Source: an uncultured Actinomycetes bacterium (GTDB taxonomy: Bacteria; Actinomycetota; Thermoleophilia; RBG-16-64-13). Taken from it: 64,000 nucleotides of DNA. The notes beneath the pieces were generated by a model. The model saw nothing but the letters and a program-made list of their open reading frames with translations, searched no databases and was not told where the DNA came from. The translations under genes were made by a program, and so were the position numbers. Where the stretch lies: NCBI GenBank assembly GCA_963706025.1, contig CAVPLM010000005.1, positions 256,001-320,000 on the forward strand, in the 5' to 3' direction. Shown here piece after piece: positions 59,991 through 64,000 of this stretch. Numbering within the stretch: the stretch's first letter is position 1; each line of letters begins with the position of its first letter.

Positions 59991-61253
59991 GTGAAAGACA
60001 GAGGGGCGCACTTCGCCACTATCGAGCAGGCTCTGGTCGAGATCAAGAATGGCCGCATGGTCGTGGTCGTAGACGATGAAGATCGCGAGAACGAGGGCGA
60101 TCTGACCATGGCGGCTCAGTTCGTCACAGCCCAGGCGGTCAACTTCATGGCCCTTCACGGACGGGGTTTGATCTGTCTCTCGCTCACGGCCGAGAGGGCC
60201 GAGACCCTCAACCTGGAGCCCATGGCTCGGGTCAACCAATCCCGCCTCGGGACGGCCTTCACGGTCTCGATCGAGGCTCGTGAGGGAGTGACGACGGGCA
60301 TTTCCGCGGCCGACCGGGCCCACACCATCCAGGTGGCCATAGACCCGGACAGCCGCCCGCACGACGTGGTGCAGCCGGGACACGTATTCCCCCTCATCGC
60401 AAAGCCTGGGGGCGTTCTTGCTCGGGCGGGCCAGACCGAGGCCGCCGTGGATCTTGCCCGGCTGGCGGGACTCACGCCGGCTGGGGTCATCTGCGAGATC
60501 ATGAACGAAGACGGCACCATGGCCAGGGTGCCCGATCTGGTGGAGTACTGCGAGCGCCACGGTCTGAAGATGATAACGGTAGCGGACCTCATCCGCTACA
60601 GGAGGCGGACCGAGAAGTTGGTACGGCAGGTGGCCGTGGTGAACCTGCCCACGAGATTCGGCGACTTCACCGCCTACGGCTACGAGAGTCTCCTGGACGG
60701 CGAGCAACATCTGGCCTTGGTGAAGGGAGAAGCAGCCGGACAGGCCGACGTGCTTGTCCGTGTCCACTCCGAGTGTCTCACCGGAGACGTGTTTCATTCC
60801 TTGCGCTGCGATTGTGGAGACCAGTTGATGACGGCGCTAGGACTCATCGAGCGGGAAGGCCGTGGTGTGTTGCTCTACATGGCTCAGGAGGGCCGGGGGA
60901 TCGGCCTGCTCAACAAGCTGCGAGCCTACGAACTGCAAGAACTGGGGCGAGACACCGTGGAGGCGAACGAGGAGTTGGGGTTCGCCCCCGATCTGCGCGA
61001 CTACGGTATCGGAGCCCAGATCCTTGTCGACCTGGGGCTGACCTCGATACGCATCATGACCAACAACCCCCGCAAACTCGTGGGTCTGGAGGGATATGGT
61101 CTCACCGTCACGGAGCGCGTGCCGTTGGAGGTCAAGCCGACCGATGAAAACCTCCGCTATCTGCGGGTGAAGAAGGAGAAGTTGGGACACATCCTCCATC
61201 ACCAGGGTCTGCAGTACGTCGAACGCGAAGGAAAGGACAAAGGGAATGACTGA
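59991..61253 (+). CDS. ribBA: 3,4-dihydroxy-2-butanone-4-phosphate synthase / GTP cyclohydrolase II
   Basis: [41 protein letters not shown]. Confidence 0.97.
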   Translation: MKDRGAHFATIEQALVEIKNGRMVVVVDDEDRENEGDLTMAAQFVTAQAVNFMALHGRGLICLSLTAERAETLNLEPMARVNQSRLGTAFTVSIEAREGVTTGISAADRAHTIQVAIDPDSRPHDVVQPGHVFPLIAKPGGVLARAGQTEAAVDLARLAGLTPAGVICEIMNEDGTMARVPDLVEYCERHGLKMITVADLIRYRRRTEKLVRQVAVVNLPTRFGDFTAYGYESLLDGEQHLALVKGEAAGQADVLVRVHSECLTGDVFHSLRCDCGDQLMTALGLIEREGRGVLLYMAQEGRGIGLLNKLRAYELQELGRDTVEANEELGFAPDLRDYGIGAQILVDLGLTSIRIMTNNPRKLVGLEGYGLTVTERVPLEVKPTDENLRYLRVKKEKLGHILHHQGLQYVEREGKDKGND

Positions 61254-61734
61254 AAAAGGGCGGGTCTTCGAAGGGGTTCTGAAGGGGGAGGGGCTGCGGC
61301 TCGCCCTAGTGGTAAGCCGGTTCAACGAGTTCATCAGCAGCAAGTTGCTCTCCGGGGCCTGGGACTGCCTCACCCGGCATGGGGTGGCCGACAAAGACAT
61401 CGACGTGGCCTGGGTGCCGGGAGCCATGGAGATCCCGTTCGTAGCCCAACGGTTGGTCCGGACCGAGAGATACGACGCCGTCATCTGCCTGGGGGCGGTC
61501 ATCCGGGGCTCGACCCCCCACTTCGACTATGTCGCGGCCGAAGTGGCCAAAGGAGTCGCGAAGGTGCAGCTGGACGCCGGCGTCCCCGTCATCTTCGGGG
61601 TCTTGACCACGGATAGCATAGAGCAGGCGGTGGAGCGGGCGGGCACCAAGGCGGGCAACAAGGGCTGGGATGCGGCGGTCTCCGCTCTGGAGATGGCCAA
61701 CCTAGTGAAGAACCTGGATCAGGCTGACGGCTGA
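61246..61734 (+). CDS. ribH: 6,7-dimethyl-8-ribityllumazine synthase
   Basis: SRFN, VPGA.EIP, LGAVIRG.TPHFDYV, GNKG. Confidence 0.97.
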   Translation: MTEKGRVFEGVLKGEGLRLALVVSRFNEFISSKLLSGAWDCLTRHGVADKDIDVAWVPGAMEIPFVAQRLVRTERYDAVICLGAVIRGSTPHFDYVAAEVAKGVAKVQLDAGVPVIFGVLTTDSIEQAVERAGTKAGNKGWDAAVSALEMANLVKNLDQADG

Positions 61735-61792
61735 GGGCTGAGGAACAAGCGCCCGACGGCTCCGGCACGGGTCCGGAGCCACGAGGGTGCTG

Positions 61793-61984
61793 TCAGGCTA
61801 CCTTTTCCACCTTGTGGGCCTTGAGGCACTTGGTGCACACGTACGCCCGCACAGGCTTGCCGTCCAACTGGATGCGTACCTTCTGCACGTTGGGATCCCA
61901 ACGCCGCGGGGTGGCACGCATGGAGTGACTCCTGTTGTTGCCAAAACTCGGCTTCTTGCCGCAGATCACGCATATCTTAGACAT
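61793..61984 (-). CDS. rpmB: 50S ribosomal protein L28 (Zn-binding form)
   Basis: MSKIC.ICGK..GNNRSHS...RRW.PNVQ..CTKC. Confidence 0.97.
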   Translation of the reverse strand: MSKICVICGKKPSFGNNRSHSMRATPRRWDPNVQKVRIQLDGKPVRAYVCTKCLKAHKVEKVA

Positions 61985-62146
61985 GTGGCTGCTTGTCCTT
62001 CGTCGAATTGCCCAAGCTGGAGAGAGCGCCATAGTATGCCGCAGGTCCATGCGGTCTGACAAGGGCCACAGAGACGGCGGCTCCGGCCGGCATCCGGTAG
62101 GGTAGAATACGACACATCTGTCGAGCGCGACCGGGGAAGAGGTGAG

Positions 62147-62365
62147 ATGGCGATCTTCACCAAAGACATGTCGATAATGGAGGCCCTGCAGGCCGACCCC
62201 CGCGCGCGGGAGGTCTTCACCGCCTACGGCATGGGATGCACCGGATGCATGGGTGTGAGCATGGAATCCATCGAGGACGGGGCCAAAATGCACGGCCTCG
62301 ATACGGCGGTCGTCCTCGCCGACCTCAACAAACTCGCTTCCGCGGAACAGTCCCAGCCCGAATGA
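62147..62365 (+). CDS. DUF1858 domain protein
   Basis: TKDMSI.E, GMGC.GC....ESIE.GA..HG; RBS GAGGTG. Confidence 0.88.
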   Translation: MAIFTKDMSIMEALQADPRAREVFTAYGMGCTGCMGVSMESIEDGAKMHGLDTAVVLADLNKLASAEQSQPE

Positions 62366-62757
62366 GCGGAACGCCCGACGTGGACAACGATATCGAGACC
62401 CGCAGCAGCGACGCTCGGATCGTGGGGGGTGACCTGGCCATCACCGACCGGGCCATCGCCGACATCGTGGGTTGGACCGTGCTGGAGTGCTACGGTGTGG
62501 TGGGCATGGCCGCGCCCAGTCTCCGTCAGGGCGTGGCCTCGCTCCTCTCGCGCGACCGCCTGCATCAGGGCATCATTGTCGAGCAGACCCCGGAGCAACT
62601 CCGCATCAAGCTCTACATCATCGTCGAGTATGGGCTCAATGTGGCCGAAGTGGCGGGCAACGTCCGGTCCCAGGTGGCATACAACGTAGAGAAGATGACC
62701 GGTCGCCCGGTGACGGCGCTGCAGATCTACGTGCAAGGGGTCCGGGTTGGCGAATAG
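62362..62757 (+). CDS. Asp23/Gls24 family (YloU-like) protein
   Basis: ECYGVVGMA, IIVEYG.N..EVA, VQGV. Confidence 0.92.
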   Translation: MSGTPDVDNDIETRSSDARIVGGDLAITDRAIADIVGWTVLECYGVVGMAAPSLRQGVASLLSRDRLHQGIIVEQTPEQLRIKLYIIVEYGLNVAEVAGNVRSQVAYNVEKMTGRPVTALQIYVQGVRVGE

Positions 62758-64000
62758 CGATGGAGTGTCCCTCACCGTCCCGCAGGCGCGTGCTCTACTG
62801 ACGGCCGGTTTCCGGGCGCTCGAAGAGCGGAAGCAGGAGATCAACGATCTCAATGTCTACCCGGTCCCCGACGGGGACACGGGGACCAATCTGACTCTCA
62901 CTATGAGGGGAATCCTGGACGCTGTAGGCAGGCTGCCGGCCGGCCTCAGAGAGCCCGAACTCTGCGCCGCCATCTCGCAGGCTGCGCTCATGGGAGCGCG
63001 GGGTAACAGCGGGGTGATCCTATCTCAGATCATCCGCGGGGCCATGGAAGTGCTGGGTCAGGCAGGACCGGTCACCTGCGAAGTCTTGGCGCGCGCCTTC
63101 CGGCACGCGACCGAGACGGCGTACCGAGCCGTCCGTAAGCCGGTGGAAGGCACCATGCTCACGGTGCTGCGTGAGATGGCGGAGGCCGCGGCCGTGGCGC
63201 CGGCAGGCGGCGATTGTGCGGTCTTCATGGATGAAGTGGTGGCGGCGGGCTGGAAGAGCGTGGAGCGGACACCCTCGCTGCTCAAGGTCCTAGCGGACGC
63301 CGGAGTGGTCGACGCGGGGGGATACGGCTTGGTGGTGCTCGTCCAAGGCGCCAGAAATGGCCGGAGCGATTGGGAGCCGGCCGTAGCCACTCACATCCAG
63401 CAAGCCCCCGTCATGGCCGCCCGCTTCGCCCAGGAGGAAGCCGAGGAGGAGAGTCGCTTCACCTACTGCACCAGCTTCCTGTTGACCGGTCAGGGACTGG
63501 ACCAGGCGCTTCTGGAGGAACAGTTGAGTCAGCTGGGAGACAGCCTGCTGGTCGTGGGGGATCAGTGGCGACTCAAGGTCCACGTGCACACCGACGACCC
63601 GGGCCGAGTGCTGGGATTGGCGACCTCTCTCGGTGTTTTGAGCGAGATAGAGATCGACAACATGAAGGAACAGACCGCCGCGCGTCTGCGGCGCCTGGCT
63701 GAGACTTCCGAAGCGGCTGCGACGGATCCAGGGCTCACTCAGGTGGTGGCTGTGGTCGTAGGGGAGGGGAACAAGACGCTGTTCCGCAACCTGGGCGTCG
63801 ACCTCGTCGTCGATGGTGGACAGTCGATGAACCCCTCGGCAGAAGACCTTCTTCGGGCGGTGGATAGAGCGGCCGCTCCCTCAGTGGTCATACTGCCCAA
63901 CAACAGCAACGTGATCATGACCGCCGAGCAGACGATCGAACTTGCGGAGAAGGAAGTGCTGGTGGTGCCTACCCGGTCCATCCAGGCGGGTCTCACCGCG
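62747..64000 (+). CDS. DAK2 domain fusion protein YloV / fatty acid kinase FakA (runs off window; absent from ORF track)
   Basis: Manual translation gives INDLNVYPVPDGDTGTN, GARGNSGVILSQ, KPVEGTMLT, VDAGG, KVHVHT, GGQSMNPS in one frame. Confidence 0.93.
   Translation, partial: MANSDGVSLTVPQARALLTAGFRALEERKQEINDLNVYPVPDGDTGTNLTLTMRGILDAVGRLPAGLREPELCAAISQAALMGARGNSGVILSQIIRGAMEVLGQAGPVTCEVLARAFRHATETAYRAVRKPVEGTMLTVLREMAEAAAVAPAGGDCAVFMDEVVAAGWKSVERTPSLLKVLADAGVVDAGGYGLVVLVQGARNGRSDWEPAVATHIQQAPVMAARFAQEEAEEESRFTYCTSFLLTGQGLDQALLEEQLSQLGDSLLVVGDQWRLKVHVHTDDPGRVLGLATSLGVLSEIEIDNMKEQTAARLRRLAETSEAAATDPGLTQVVAVVVGEGNKTLFRNLGVDLVVDGGQSMNPSAEDLLRAVDRAAAPSVVILPNNSNVIMTAEQTIELAEKEVLVVPTRSIQAGLTA

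Noticed and set aside
1-64000. CRISPR arrays, IS/transposases, prophage genes, rRNA
   Set aside because: No regularly spaced repeats, transposase/integrase motifs or rRNA signatures seen by eye.

Overview
High-GC bacterial chromosome segment made mostly of housekeeping genes: infB-rbfA-truB-ribF, rpsO-pnp, dapB-rnj-ftsK-selU-rodZ-rimO-pgsA-thpR-recA-recX-rny, miaB-miaA-dapF-dapL-dut, rnz with tRNA-Arg(CCG) and lipB, ade, an ACT/LIV-type ABC/PaaK cluster, metK-priA-def-fmt-rpe, an FMN-riboswitch rib operon, and rpmB/Asp23/DAK2. The actinobacterial-style gene order combined with rny, YloU/YloV, CWB2 repeats and selU suggests a deep-branching Actinomycetota such as Thermoleophilia (inference only). 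The main accessory element is an ~8.7 kb type IV pilin island (29757-38479). It has one major pilin, a second PilA paralog, a TPR lipoprotein and two divergently transcribed minor-pilin (PilV/W/X-like) sets. Each arm is preceded by a near-consensus sigma-28 (FliA/SigD/WhiG)-type promoter, and the two promoters sit back to back. Other notable items are a candidate ~265 nt structured RNA upstream of rny, a tRNA lying antisense inside the lipB 3' end, and five single-base frameshifts that are probably sequencing errors. No CRISPR array, IS element or rRNA was seen.
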